Assembly: GCA_003344405.1 (NCBI GenBank)
Contig: NOWV01000021.1
Location: forward strand, 62,001-126,000
Reading direction: 5' to 3'
DNA from: Trichoplax sp. H2
Taxonomy: Eukaryota
DNA: 64,000 bases
Shown: piece after piece, positions 23,703 to 37,591 of the stretch
Numbering within the stretch: the stretch's first letter is position 1
How the letters are laid out: every line of letters begins with the position of its first letter
Notes under the pieces: generated by a model
Databases searched by the model: none
What the model was told of the DNA's origin: nothing
The model's input: the letters and a program-made list of their open reading frames with translations, nothing else
Position numbers and translations under genes: made by a program

Positions 23703-24254
23703 CTATTTTGTGGTAACTTCCGCCTCAGGTTGATCATATCCTGCAATTGGTGGAGTAAAAGTTGGCCCGTTGCATTGATATGGGAATAATTGTGGATCGG
23801 CTTGTAAAGCTTTAGCATAGAGCGATGGAGATAAAACCTTTAATTGAAGCAACGCTTGATTTCGACTTTTGTATATATCTTGAAATTTGATTAAATCCGA
23901 ACGGTGTTGGTTCATCTTATATCGAGACCATTCCTTTAATAATAAAATTCTTCTCTCCTCTTCCTCTGGATTGTTGTTTTGGATATTTCTTTTTCTGTCC
24001 TCTTTTAACCACTTACTATCTACAGGAGGATCGACAAATTTTTTACGTTTCTTTGCCTCTTCTTGTTCTTGCTGAGCTGCTTTAGCTAGTTTAGAGTTTA
24101 ATTTTGCCTTTTGTTGTTGTTGTTGGGTTAGTTTATTTTTTACTTTGGATTTTTTTTTCTTTTTTCCATCACCACGTATTGGAATAACATAGCGGACGCT
24201 TAAAGCAGTTGATCGCAAGCCAAAAACGCTCATCGCTCTTGTGATTGCAGCCAT
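23703..24254 (-). CDS. MRPL40: Mitochondrial ribosomal protein L40, single coding exon
   Basis: Presequence-like MAAITRAMSVFGLRSTALSVR from ATG 24254, then EEEERRILLLKEWSRYK...ALLQLKVLSPSLYAKAL..DPQLFPY...GPTFTPPIAGYDQPE, matching the mL40 family. The upstream part of the ORF translates the TACAG tract. Confidence 0.9.
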   Translation of the reverse strand: MAAITRAMSVFGLRSTALSVRYVIPIRGDGKKKKKSKVKNKLTQQQQQKAKLNSKLAKAAQQEQEEAKKRKKFVDPPVDSKWLKEDRKRNIQNNNPEEEERRILLLKEWSRYKMNQHRSDLIKFQDIYKSRNQALLQLKVLSPSLYAKALQADPQLFPYQCNGPTFTPPIAGYDQPEAEVTTK

Positions 24255-24319
24255 ATTGCACGCTTGCCGAGCAGAGGGCTGGAGGATGCGATTGAGAGTG
24301 CGTTGCAGTGTTGAGTCTC

Positions 24320-25700
24320 CTACAGTATGTACAGTACTGTACTGTACAGTACTGTATGCTACTACAATACAGTACTGTACTGTAGTCCAGTACAGTACAA
24401 TGTACTGTACATGCGGTACACTCACGAATTTGACTGAACAGTACGGTACAGTGTACTGTACAGCAGTGCTTTGTGTGAATTGACCCTGGTCCGGACCGAA
24501 CCAGACCAGAGACCATGAAGACCTTTAGCAGTGAACAACATTCTGTATCGGAGTGCGACGTCTCTCCAATTTCTGTCTGACTGCTGACTCAGTGCCACGA
24601 TAAAATCTGGGACTACTCTTCTCACAAAGTGGATCGATACAGTACAATGTACTGCAAAGTATGTACTGTATACTGTAGTACAGTACTGTACTGTACTGCA
24701 GCATTCAGAATCTATAGTGTAACAATATTCTGTATCGGGAGTGAGGTGTCCCTCCGAACTCTGTCTGAATCAATGCGAAGACAAAATCACGGCCTGCTCG
24801 AAAGAACGGACGGACACGATACGATCGTTTAGCTATCCTAGCGAGGAGTCCTTCACAGTACGGCGTTGGAATACCGACTATGGACAATATATCTGCACTA
24901 CTTGTACAGTACTACCATGAGCAATAGCTCTGTTATCTACACCGACTATTTTTGTAATGAACGGCCGCTACAGTGGACAGTATTCTGTATCGGGAGTGAG
25001 ATGTCACTCCGAACTCTGAATCAATGCGAAGACAAAATCACGGACTGCTCGAAAGAACGGACGGACACGATACGATCGTTGGCTTTACTCTAGTTGGCTA
25101 TCCTAGCGATGTACAGTACAGTACAGTACACACATGATTTTGTAATGAACGGCCGCTACAGTGTACAGTACACTGTATACTGTACTCTGTACAGTACAGT
25201 ATTCTGTATCGGGAGTGAGATGTCACTCCAAACTCTGAGTCAATGCGAAGACAAAATTACGGACTGCTGGAAAGAACGGACGGACACGATACGATCGTTG
25301 GCTATCCTAGCGATGAGTACACCCATGATTTTGTAATGAACGGCCGCTACGCGTCCCTCCCTCTTTCTAGTAGTCCCTGGTTTTACACACTGTCGTGTGT
25401 AAAACGGTTATAATGGTAGCGTACTGTAAAATGCCTGCAAAAAAATGTCGGCCTCCTCATTTCTTACAGCTTTCCACCGTTTCCAGCCCCCTTGTCATTT
25501 GAATAGTCACTGACAAAGTGTTCGCTACTGGGCCAGAATGGGCTGGGGCCGTTATAAGGCTGTCAAAGTCCTTTTCACTTGTCAACACTACAGTACTGTT
25601 CACTGTATAATCTACAGTACTGTGCAAGTCATACTGTACCGTACTACAGTAGACAAGTGTACTGTACATACAGGATGTAGTACTGTACAGTACTGTACGA
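24320..25700. promoter_or_regulatory. TACAG/CTGTA-rich divergent promoter region between MRPL40 and TTLL5
   Basis: Head-to-head genes (ATG 24254 on minus, ATG 25836 on plus); dense tacagtactgta-type palindromic words and higher GC than the flanking introns. Confidence 0.55.
24540..25350. repeat. Array of three near-identical and one degenerate ~120-nt units separated by variable TACAG-rich spacers
   Basis: tattctgtatcgggagtgag.tgtc.ctcc.aactctg..tcaatgcgaagacaaaat.acgg.ctgct.gaaagaacggacggacacgatacgatcgtt..gctatcctagcga at 24726, 24981 and 25200; degenerate copy at 24540. A second block ttttgtaatgaacggccgctac at 24950, 25138 and 25329. Confidence 0.9.
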
Positions 25701-25835
25701 CTAGACGGTCATCAAGCGCCGATTACAATCAGTAGACGTTACTATGACATAAGTTCATAATAGAAAACCAATTTCAAAAACGAGTTGAAGGAGAAAAAAA
25801 TCTCATCAACATCAAGTGATGCCAATAGAGCAGGA

Positions 25836-25992
25836 ATGATGGACGATGATGACTACGATAACGATTCCTTTTGCTCTGATGCAGATGCCTCATCATCATC
25901 TGTTTCATCATTGAGTGAAGAAGATGATGAAAGTGATCAAGTAGATGAAAAGTAAATACACCCATCCTACACTTGAAAGTGGAGGGATAACA

Positions 25993-26027
<35 letters not shown>

Positions 26028-29000
26028 TTGGCAATTTGGGTAATATTGATTGGATAAATAATGGCTACGTAAATTATTAAAAATTTCAATCGTTGCCTAA
26101 AATTCAAGTTGTTTCTATCATTAGGATGATAGAGTACAAGTCAATTAGTGTATTGAGCTCTATTAAATCGATGCATGGATTAATATAGAAAGACAGTAGA
26201 TTAAATCAGTGCGGTGGACAATAGCGAGCATGTCGTTAATGACTGTTTTGATTGCATACTAATCAGTGTGTGAAGTATGATGGAGAATTGCAGTCATGAG
26301 CTATTGACAATCATAACTGCTACTAAATATTGATATCTATATACGATTACATTACTTCTAGCAAAGAGCCGGTCATCTTGTGGGCTGGCCCTAAAAAAGA
26401 TTTACCCGTAATTATTTTTCGACCCGAGCTGACTGCATGTGCTGTCGATCAACGCTATAAATCGATAGGAGGTAAGATGTTAATTAACTACCTATCCGTA
26501 TAGACGATAAATCACCCTTATTATCAAATAAATCAATCAATCATGCATGCATAATACCAACCAATGGTCTATCATGAAAAATAAATACTAGCCATCGTTA
26601 ACGAAATACGGTATACTAATAGGATATCAGTAATAGTGAAAGAAGAGATAAGATAGCTAAACCATTCAATAATTAATTTGTCTAATATGTAGCCATAAAG
26701 TTCTTGCTACGCTTGTTGAGACAGCAACCAAACGTCGAATTGTTAATGATTTAAATATGGTCGATATTTTATATCATTTCATAGATAAATTCCACATGGC
26801 TTATAAAGTAATGTGTGATTGTAAATTAATCCATCAAGTATTAACAGCCCATGGATTTCGAGAGGTAGCGCTTTCTTCATGTAATCCATAACATGCTTAT
26901 GTTAATGCTGATAGACATAAATAAATACGTAATTATTGATACTAACATGGATTAGCCAATAATTAATTTATTTTACAATGTTAAAGTAGTGCTAACTTAT
27001 CTCTCTTTGATATTATGGATTAGGCTCATCCTAATAGTTCCAATTTTAATATAATGTGGACTGGATCACATTTAAAACCTTATCTTATGCGCGGTCTCCT
27101 CGATTACCAACGCATTAATCATTTTCCTAGGTCTTGCAAATACATCGTGACTACCTTTTTTTTTTGCTATGAATTACTTCTATGTTGATCATTGTAGTTT
27201 TATGTCATTAAATAATTGCTGTAAGTAGTGACTATACACCTTTTATACTATTTTATTAATTATTAGTAACGACTAAATAGATGGCATCATTTAATTGCAT
27301 ACTCGCTGAGATTACAATTATTAATTATTAAATTGTTACTCCAAATCAATCATCTATATTGCCCCTAAAAGTGTAGGTTATAGTTAAATTAAGTTACAAC
27401 CTATTAGATACAGTTGATTTTCAAAATTCGCAATTTTGGCTTAATTGAAAGTTATAATGCTATATCAATAAGGGAGCCGTAGAGCTATAAGTATGTTTTA
27501 AGAATTAGATGCTATTAATAGATTGCTCCATAAATACATTAAATCAAGAAAACCTTATCGTTATTTACTCTCGTTCATATATTCGTATAATAATAGTCTG
27601 TTATTGATATGAGTATTTAACGTTTAGGTGCTACTAGTAAATCGCACTGTAAAATACGTTATATCTGGAAGATTTATCGTCACTTTTCACTGTTTCATGT
27701 GATAAGATTCTATCATAATTATGCATATCAGCTTAACCTATACTAAATTTCGATAACGAAAAATAGATCGTACGAGGTTACACGCAAAGATCGAATGTTT
27801 AAGAATGTGCAAAGGATGCAACATCAGGTAAGAGAATACCGTAATATTTGGGTCTACCGATTTAGTTTATTGATTTTAGGCCAATTATAATTTAATTTTT
27901 AGTCAAGCAAGACCTTTGATTTTGTACCAAAGACTTTTGTATTACCAGAGGAATATAACGAATTTTATGGTAATTATTCATGCAACATTTGATTTTGTTG
28001 TCTTTTGCTACGGAGAATTTCGCTTATGATCGTAAGTAATCAAAGCTCCACTTTTAAATAGCAACATTTAAGAGAGAAAAAGGACTATGGATTGTTAAGC
28101 CTATCGCTTCATCTAGAGGTCGTGGAATATTTCTGGTCAGCCAAGTAAGTCAAGAAATATATCGTCTAAATTTCCATGTGGATAAACCTCTTTGTTTTTG
28201 TTTTGCATTAACCTTGTCGGATTAATTACGTTTTTCTAACGTATCATAGTTTAGATACCATACTATAATCCGTGTAATGTACTGCAAATTGACTTCTCTT
28301 ATTATAGTTTTAGTTTATCTTTGTTACTAAAATGATAGACTTTACCATAAAATTTGTTATGATGTCAACTCTTATAGCCGAATCAAGTCCCTCTAGATGA
28401 AAAGTTAGTTGTGTCCCGCTATGTTCGCAATCCTTATTGTATTGATGGTAAGTTTTATTTTTGATTTACAAATCTAAAGAATGAGATTCATTTATAAATC
28501 TATTTACATTAATGCATAAATAATATTTGTACTGATGCAAACACTTAAGCTATTATTCTTTTTTAATGCATACTCACCTAGGCTATAAATTTGACATTCG
28601 ATTGTATGTTCTTGTAACATCCTACGATCCGTTAGTAATTTACTTGTATAAAGAAGGCCTAACAAGGTATCGTATAACTCTGTTAATTTATTGATAATCT
28701 TGGATGACGACACTAATCACCTTGGCTTACGTGGGAAGTTTTCATCTTTCAATTAGGCATTAACTTATGATCATAATCTTTTTTACTGACCATCACAGAT
28801 TTGCTACTATGAAATATGACAATGGAGTTAGAAATATAAATAAAGCTTGTATGCATCTGACTAATTATAGTATCAATAAGAAAAGTAACGATTATATCAG
28901 GTATAGTATAGGAGATGCATATCATGATAAAAGTCTGATCCTATTCACCAATGTTATTCTCCTTGCCTACAGATGTGAAGACCCAAACGTTGAAGATTTT

Positions 29001-32000
29001 GGTAACAAATGGAGTATGAGTGCTATGCTTAGATATTTAAATGAATATGGAGAAGATACTACTGGTAATGCACACTAATAATTGATATAGAAATTAAGAG
29101 TATTCTAATTTATTTAATTCTTGACGAAATTCTTCTATTATAGCCTTGATGATTAGAATTGAAGACGTCATAATTAAGACGATAATAAGTGCTGAGCTAC
29201 CTATTGCAACGGCCTGCAAATCTTTTTTGCCACATAGAAGAAATTGCTTTGGTATAACTCCAACGATTCTTCATAACTTGGATTATTGATTATGGTTTTA
29301 TTATACTGCATTTTTGCTGTGATTCAATATATATTAGAAATTTACGGATTTGACATCCTGGTAGATGAAGACCTTAGACCGTGGGTACTAGAAGTTAATC
29401 TATCACCTAGTTTAGCATGGTCAGTTAATACAAAATATGTAATAATAATAATGAAAATATGGTATTACAAGTATAATTCAATAATCATGTAATTAACTAG
29501 TCGGCTTTTCTGCTTATCAAATTTTATTGCAGTGATACACCTATGGATTTCAAAATCAAGTCTAGCTTAATTTGTGATACGTTCAATATCATTGGTGAGT
29601 TTAATTTATAAGATTTAGCAAATTCTCGGTACAGCATCAAGTATTATCGACTATTCTTACAGGAATCGCCGCGCATGATCCGATTATAACGAGAAAGCCC
29701 ATGAAAATTTCACATCAGTTAAATAAAGCGTATGGGAACGATTCTGTAAGCATAGAGACATTGCATAGGGGAGATGGCAATTTTTTTAAATTTGCATACT
29801 GTTAAATGCAGAATGATAATTATTTTCACTTCAAACTGTAAAGAATTCTAGGGCAAACTCTAGTGCTAAGATTAAAAGGCCAGGGTTGCCATTTCGTCTT
29901 ACTCAGGATGAGGCACGATTAATGTATGACATTAAAGAGGAACATAAAAGGCGAGGTGGTTTCGTGAGGATATTTCCTTCTCCAGATTCGTTAGAATTGT
30001 ATGGGTAAGGGTCATTTTAGATAGTTATATATTCGTAATTGTATTTTTAATTATTTACTTACTGGAAATCTATAACTGTTTTATTCAGGTTATACTTAGA
30101 GCAGCACAGCACTCTAAACGCGACATTGTTCTGTAGCCTCTTTCCTGAGAAGTATGCTTAATTAATAAATAAGAATCTTTCAATCGCATTTGGAGATATA
30201 AAGGTACCTAAAGGTAGTATTATCTAACTGAATGAATTAATTACTCTCTTTAGGGCTAAGCAACTGATGGTTAACGAAAATAATTTCAAGTGGAAACGAA
30301 AGTATGGAAAGATAATTTATGAAATTATATTTATATTGTTAAATTCTTGATGATAAAAAATTTATTATGTTACTGTGATTTGATGTAGGTCTGTAGTATT
30401 ACATAAACATTTATGTCCGCAGAGTGTGCTGACCGTAAGTAAAAATTTCTTACAATCAACTTGTAAATCCTTTTGTAGTAGAGTGGCATTACAGTCAGTT
30501 TTAATTTACGGGAGGAGCCGTATACTGTCATTTCTAAAAACTGCAACCTAATCATTAAATATTTTGAATTTTTGATCATATGATAAATGGCGTAGTATTA
30601 TTACATTTTTGGTTATTTGAACCCACTTTATACAATCAATAGAGTCAGCAGTAAAAACCGTGTTCAAATCATTGTACAGAATTAGATATTAAAATGGGAG
30701 ATCGGCTTTGTTTTATATTCCAAAGTGTGTCAATATTGTACTCATTTTACATTTCTTAATTGTGCAAAATTGCAAACTTTTAGCATGAAGGCAATAGCCA
30801 CGCAATTACACTTGAAGAACGAATGGCTCATTATCAGAGCAGTTTGTCGTTTGTAAGTTGCTCGAAAGCTCCAGGTAGTAATCTTTGTAATGATAAAATT
30901 TCTAAAATCAAAACATAAATTATAAATAGGGCAAGTTTTCACCTATGAAATCAAACAAAAATCGTTCATTAACTGGTGAAAATGCTACTGGTACATCTAG
31001 TAAATACATACGTATAGAGTTATTAATAAGTTTTACGTCAATAACACCAAGGAAAATGTTGCTTTTATGATCTGTAGAAATGGTAAATGAAAGGCCTGGC
31101 TATCATCAACCTTTAGCACAAGGAGAACTAGAGTCTACAGATCGAAAACATAATGTCCAAATAGCGCAGCCTAAGGTCACTAAGGTGTTTACTCGTTCTA
31201 CATCGGATAGTTTAGTCCATAATGTTTCAAAGAAAGGAAATATGTTAAGGTATTAACAAAAAGTAACTATTTTTATACGTTTTTACTTCTGTTGAATATT
31301 TGATTGGGAATTATGGTATAATAGCTAACGAAATATCAACTGTAAATCTTGCATAATTTATACTATACCACCTAATGAATATTCGTTATCAATTTTGATA
31401 AAATAGTAAAATTGAGGTTCGTCAAGCTTTTTCAACATACTTACAGAGAATTCAGCAACGTTGGATTATGGAAGCGAAGTACTAAATTAAATATATCCAT
31501 AGTTGATGCAATATGTTTACGCAATCTTAGTGTATTGTAGGATTAAACGGTTTCTGAATGTACCTATATATAAGAGTAACAACAACAATATTCTTTTTTT
31601 CGTAAATATTTTACAGGGAACCGACAGAGGATGAAGCTCATACCAAAGATACGCAATTAGTAAGTTATAACTAAATGATAGTTTTCCGAACATCCCGTCA
31701 ATCTTGTTTACAATTATTGCTTATTTCGGTACTGGTTATAAATATTTATACTAGGATTTAGTCATCCAATTTCTTAAACGCGCTGTGCTAAACTTGCAAC
31801 AACCATTTATTGTTGATATACCGAACCGAAAGCTACCGATTCACCATAGGTTTATTCTGATAATAGCAAATAATTGATTTTAACAAGAGCCTTGCAATAC
31901 TTTAGAATAACTCGTATATTTGAAATGATTGTAGGAAGCATATACTAGCCAAACAACTAGGAAATTTTATTCAGATTTATGAACGGGTATGTACAGCAAT

Positions 32001-34584
32001 ACTGTATTATTATATAGCTAGTGTTCTGTAGTTTTGTTGTATGTATTAGTGATTCGATTCTACTTAATAAATAGGAAACTAAATCGCTTAAAGTAACTCT
32101 ACGCGGACCTATGGGAAAAAATGGAAGTACTGTCTTAGATAATGCGTTTTCAGAACAAGTCTTTACTAAGTTTCTTTACTTGGCAAGGTGATATTTACAC
32201 GTATATGTTACAAACTAATGTATTGACAACTTACTACTAAAATACCGTGATAATTGATAGCTTTTATAAGTTTAATGTGTTATAGTATCGAATATCACAT
32301 ATTTAATATACTTAGATATTGCAAAAATACAGTAAAATCAACTCTAGCAAAAGCATTTTACCATTTCCATCTTGTTTATTAAAAGTGAAATTGTTACTAG
32401 TTTTTTACTTTGTATTTATGCAGTGAACAGCAACTTGAGGAGTTACTAACATCATACACCAAAGAACATAAATCAGCTGGTATCTTTTTGGGAACAAGCT
32501 TGCAGAGAAGAAGACCTTCATTAGAAAATAATAGAGATAGGTTCAACTCTGTCGGTAGCAATCAAACGGATAATAAAGAATCAATGAATGTCAATGTAAT
32601 GGTTCTATTTTGCTAAATTGCTTAACTTCGAACAATAGTTTAAGAAAGATTTTTACTCTAACGCTACGACATTGTTTTATAGGACGTAATTAATCGATTT
32701 TCTAATGGATTGACATTGGATCTTAAAGAGGATCGACTTCGGAATACGATTGCAAGCACTACTAATCAGCTAAAACAAAGTAGCGAGTTAACCGACTATG
32801 CTCACTGGATTGATGACGAAGGTGACGTTCCTAAACGTAGAAGTTCATTTGTGATTCCTGCTAAAGGTAATTATATATTTATGATGAATTAAATTTTAAG
32901 AACATTTTTACTGCGGTTAGGCTATTTCTATCCGTGATAACGTTTAAAGTCTCAATGTTTTATTTCTTTACGGCTTCTGAGCCTTTAAGTACGGTAATTT
33001 ACATTAGTGAAATTATTTCAGATAAATTATATCATTGTATACCTTGTCCAGTATAAGTTAGCTACGACGAACAGTGATTGGAAATTCATGTTTAAGCTCT
33101 TTAATTAATTTACATAGAGAGATCACCCTACGCAGAGCCATTATCGAAACGGCCACAATCGGCTAAAGCGCGATCCCATACGAGATCAGCAGGTATTAGA
33201 AAAAGTGTTTTGTTGCTTGTTGGCGGCGAGTCTGATAACCTGTCATAATTTGATACTTGATACTTAATATCAAAGTCGTTTATTTAGTAATCCTTTCTTG
33301 TTTCTAATCATGGCAGATCATCATATCAATACATCTATTAGTAGTCGGAATATGAACAATAATCAGCAGATTCATGGTGATGATGCAATAGCGGCTGCTT
33401 TGCGCAGACTTGCTAGCCGGCAAGCATCTCGTAAATATTCAGCGAATGGGCGAAATACCCCACTATATCAAAATATAAGGTAACAGAAAAATGCAAATAA
33501 GTGGATGATTACAACAATGCTTGAAGATTTTTGTTTTAAGTTATTATGTAAGCAACAAAGATGAAACTGTGCTTAATTAACTTATAAATTCTAATATTTC
33601 AACATCAGGCTTTGTGCAATTTTTTATCTCGGTTAGATAGTTACTATGTGTTGATTTTATTGCCTATAATTTAATACAGAAAGTACAGTATTTGTCTATT
33701 TATCTTTATTTAGTTAATCTACTGTAGCAACACATTCGATAGACACCCTATCTTTCCAATTTCTCAATTTAGTAACGACGAAAGGAGAAAACCAGTGATT
33801 CATGATGGGTCATGGGAAAAGGAACTATCGGATAATAGATCAGGAGAGACGGATGGAAATTACGGTATATGCGTATCTAGCGTATATATATGAATATACT
33901 GTACAAGTTTCTGCTGCAGTACTACGTTACTATATTTGATTCATCAGGTTTTTCAGAAACGAAGTTTTCTTACTCAAGTAAATCTAATCATGCATTACTT
34001 TTATAGTTCTTAATGACATAGTATTTTAACTTATAGATGTTAAACATACGGTACCACGCCCTCCGCCTAATCCACAAGGTAACCGCAGGCCTATGAGTAG
34101 TAAACGCGTAGCCAGGTAAAAATCTAATAGCTAGGATTGCTGTTAAGTTGTTATAATTTCAATCTTTCGCAGAAATAGAACTTAATATTTGTAAATCATG
34201 TATTGTAACAGATTATCTAATACAATGAATATGGATCCTCATGAAATCCGTCAGAAATTGGAAGAATATAATAATTATTTAAGGAGGGAAAAAGTAAAGA
34301 AAGGTAAGTTACCAAATATAAAAGTTTATAATTTATTTAACGCTAAATTAGTTGTTTAAGAATATTTTAATCAAAGTTTTGCAGCTAGAATGTGCTGTTC
34401 GTGGTTTGCCAACTAGATAATTTCTATTTTTACTCGTAATAAACTGTTCTTAATTAAGACTGTGCAGTTGTTAATTGACTGTGCTTGCAATCTAAACTAT
34501 AATGGATTAAAGCGTAGTTATCACTTACATACTTTATCATCAATTTAAGATCTCAGTAGATGCGAGTCCAACATGTATAGATAG
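25836..34584 (+). CDS. TTLL5: Tubulin polyglutamylase TTLL5, more than 30 exons
   Basis: Acidic N-terminus, then [153 protein letters not shown]5-type C-terminal blocks [39 protein letters not shown]. Last exon uncertain (34550-34584 or 34385-34416). Confidence 0.93.
25995..26027. repeat. (ATT)11 microsatellite in TTLL5 intron 1
   Basis: Perfect ATT run. Confidence 0.95.
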
Positions 34585-37500
34585 AATACTTTTATTACAA
34601 CATCATTTTTTATATTAAAATTAAAGTTGAGTATATTTTACCCATATCAATCACTTTTTTGATATATAATGCTGTTTACTTTAGGATGGAGTGCCCATTA
34701 ATCGGAAACATAACCAAAAACGAAATTTTATTATTGAATCAGCTGTGTATTTATACGTATCTATTTATCACCGTACCTAGCATAACTGTGCGTTATATGA
34801 GGTCTGTTAATGTTGACATATGTATTGTAGTACATATTAATGAGTGAAACTAAAACAACCCTGTTGTTATTCTTTGTATAGTACGATTTCATCCTTTTCT
34901 TTTGCTGTTCTTAAGAATAAAACTTAACTCGATATATTGATGATACAAAATTACCTGCGTTTTTTTTACCATATAACCTATACGAAATTTTGATATGATT
35001 TGATCGCTACCGAGATTGATATTCTAGCTAGTCAATGCTACAATTTCCTGTTATATATGCTGCTGCTTTTTTATCACGTATAGTTACGTTGTTGTAAACA
35101 CATATATGCTTTATATATGAACAATCATATTAACCTATCATTATCTTCTATCTGTCAAGATTTGCTTAAATAGCGTCTGAAACTATGATAAATGAATACA
35201 TTATTAAAACATTTAAAAGTTGTCTGTAACGCTTCGAAGGTATCTGTAATCTGACTATATCTCACATTCCGAGCGTTTGGTGTAATCTATAAATGCCCTT
35301 TTTTAGTGACAACTACGAAGATATAGGATAGAAATAACTCCATAAGCATTTCTAGTGTTCATCTCAAATTATTTTATTGGGGCTAAAATGAAATACAGCA
35401 CCGGTTAAAAATTTTCATGACTTGTTGAATCTATTTATCAGTTTCATTTTATCTTATTCGTAAAATCTGGATTAAATTATCACTACAGTATACGTAATTG
35501 ATAATCTATTAAATTTACATTTAATTGTTAACTAAAAAATATACAAACTGCTTGCAATATGAATTTAGCGATTATGAAATAAAATTTTAAGACAACTAGA
35601 AAATGGTTTGCGTGCACGTGGCAAATCTAATCTCGTAAGATGTGAATCTCGATGTTTTGCTGTTCAAAATGCTAAACTTAAGCTGCTGAAATTATATTTA
35701 CTATACAATATACTGCATGTTGCTGTAGATATTCATTTCCAACGCAAGGCGCCATCTCTGTTATGGCATTATAGACATTTGGATTTACTATGGTTATGAG
35801 CTCAATATTCTGTTACATTACTAAGTTCGGGTTTCTTTACAGCATAGTATGCTAGTTACTACTACGAGGAACTACGTTCAACATACGAGTATACCATTAC
35901 TATCTGCAATTCATTATCATAAGTATTTTAATTCAATAAGGTTAAGGTTTTGAATTTACTTGGTGATTTCAATTTGATAAGATCACAAGCTGAACGTCAC
36001 ATTCTAGCGTTTAAATACTATCCCAAGCTACTAGAGATTATTTTGACCGTGGAGCAAATTACAGGCCCGGTAGATATTCTTATTCAAGATACTATATCAG
36101 TTGTTATCTTTATATATTACAAATATCTAAGTTTATTAAGGTATGGACTTTCAGGCTTAGCAATAAATCTAGAAATCTATGACTGACTATCACTAGGATT
36201 CGTAAGTATATTAAACATAACTTCATAAGAACGTCAATAGACGTTTTCAATATACGGTTATTTCGCTCTTATTATTATTAATTTAGCTATTATAATAATC
36301 ATGGTATGAAATAACGTCTATTTTATGTTGATATAAATAGCTCTATTTAACGCATTTACTATTATGGTTAATTTATCTATTAACTATCAACACTTTAATG
36401 TATTATGTACACTGATCTAAGTAACTATATTTAACGTATTCCGCCGTTATCAATAATTTATGAAATATAATTTACTAGCAAAGTGTCCAACTTATAACAT
36501 TTCGCGTAAATGTTTTGCTATTGGCGAACTTTATTCCTTGGATTGATTATGATGAGTGTTAAAATTTCTAGCTGATAATATAGTGCTTTACAATGTAACC
36601 GTTTAGCGACAAATGTTCTATTATTATCGAACGTTGATGAGCTGATTATGATAAATATTGAGTAGTGCTTACAATATCAATCGTTTACTGACATTTAATA
36701 TCTATGTATTAATGAGATTTATATAACATACGCATATAGACCAGTATAATAGATAATGTCTATCTCACTATAGCGGTGGTCTGTTCAAGCCTTATTACCT
36801 ACCATTCAATAGCTGGTTGAGATCACGAGTGCATCCCATGATTTATATGGAGATACTGCGATTTATACCAAAGTGTAAAATAAGAAGTATTGAACCGTTC
36901 TAATTAATAATCCAAGTCAATTACCCCCATCATGAATGAGAGAATAAACATATTGACTAGCTACAGAACTTGCTAAAGAGAAGTTTTTCTTCTGGATAAC
37001 ATGTAGGTTTGCAATATCATTAACGGCAATTGAGAGTTCTTTTACTGTGCAAAATTACGGGATAATAACTCTTCTATTAAGTAGCATATTGAATAGAATT
37101 TGAATTACAATATGGTGTCGATTGTTTGTTTATTTATTAGCTAAGAGCTACCTTACAACGTTTATTATAAAACATAGGAGTGAGCTAACGATTGTATTAC
37201 TAAACCCTACACGCTAGGCTTGATGTACTGATAGCCTACGCTTATTTGGTACCGTGGTAGAAACGATTGCATTGCTTCCTATACTTGTGTATTTGCACTC
37301 TGAACTTTGTTCCCAATTCCTTCGTATCCCTGGATGGAACTAAATTGATATAAACACTTGATTGCTTAGAATTAGCAGCACTGAGTAACAAGGTCTACGA
37401 TAAGTCATCATTTACAGAATAATTCTATTTTGATAGGAATTGAAATAGCTCATCGTCATTGGCACTAACATAGTTAAAAGTTTGCAAACTCGGAAACGAC

Positions 37501-37591
37501 AACACACGTACGAGTACATACGCGTAGATCATCAGCTATCGCCAGGAGCTCATTCGCTAGCTGGTTTTATTAATGCTCAAAATTGTTTACA

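Noticed and set aside
24540..25350. CRISPR-like repeat/spacer array
   Set aside because: Units are about 120 nt, spacers are low-complexity and related to each other, there are no cas genes, and the context is a spliced animal genome.
24169..25735. Many overlapping short ORFs rich in Y/C/T/V/S/Q, including the upstream extension of the MRPL40 ORF
   Set aside because: They are translations of TACAG/CTGTA tracts and the tandem array, which lack stop codons by composition.
34600..37500. Short ORFs between TTLL5 and the first aminopeptidase
   Set aside because: AT-rich intergenic sequence; no homology cues or coherent splice chain.
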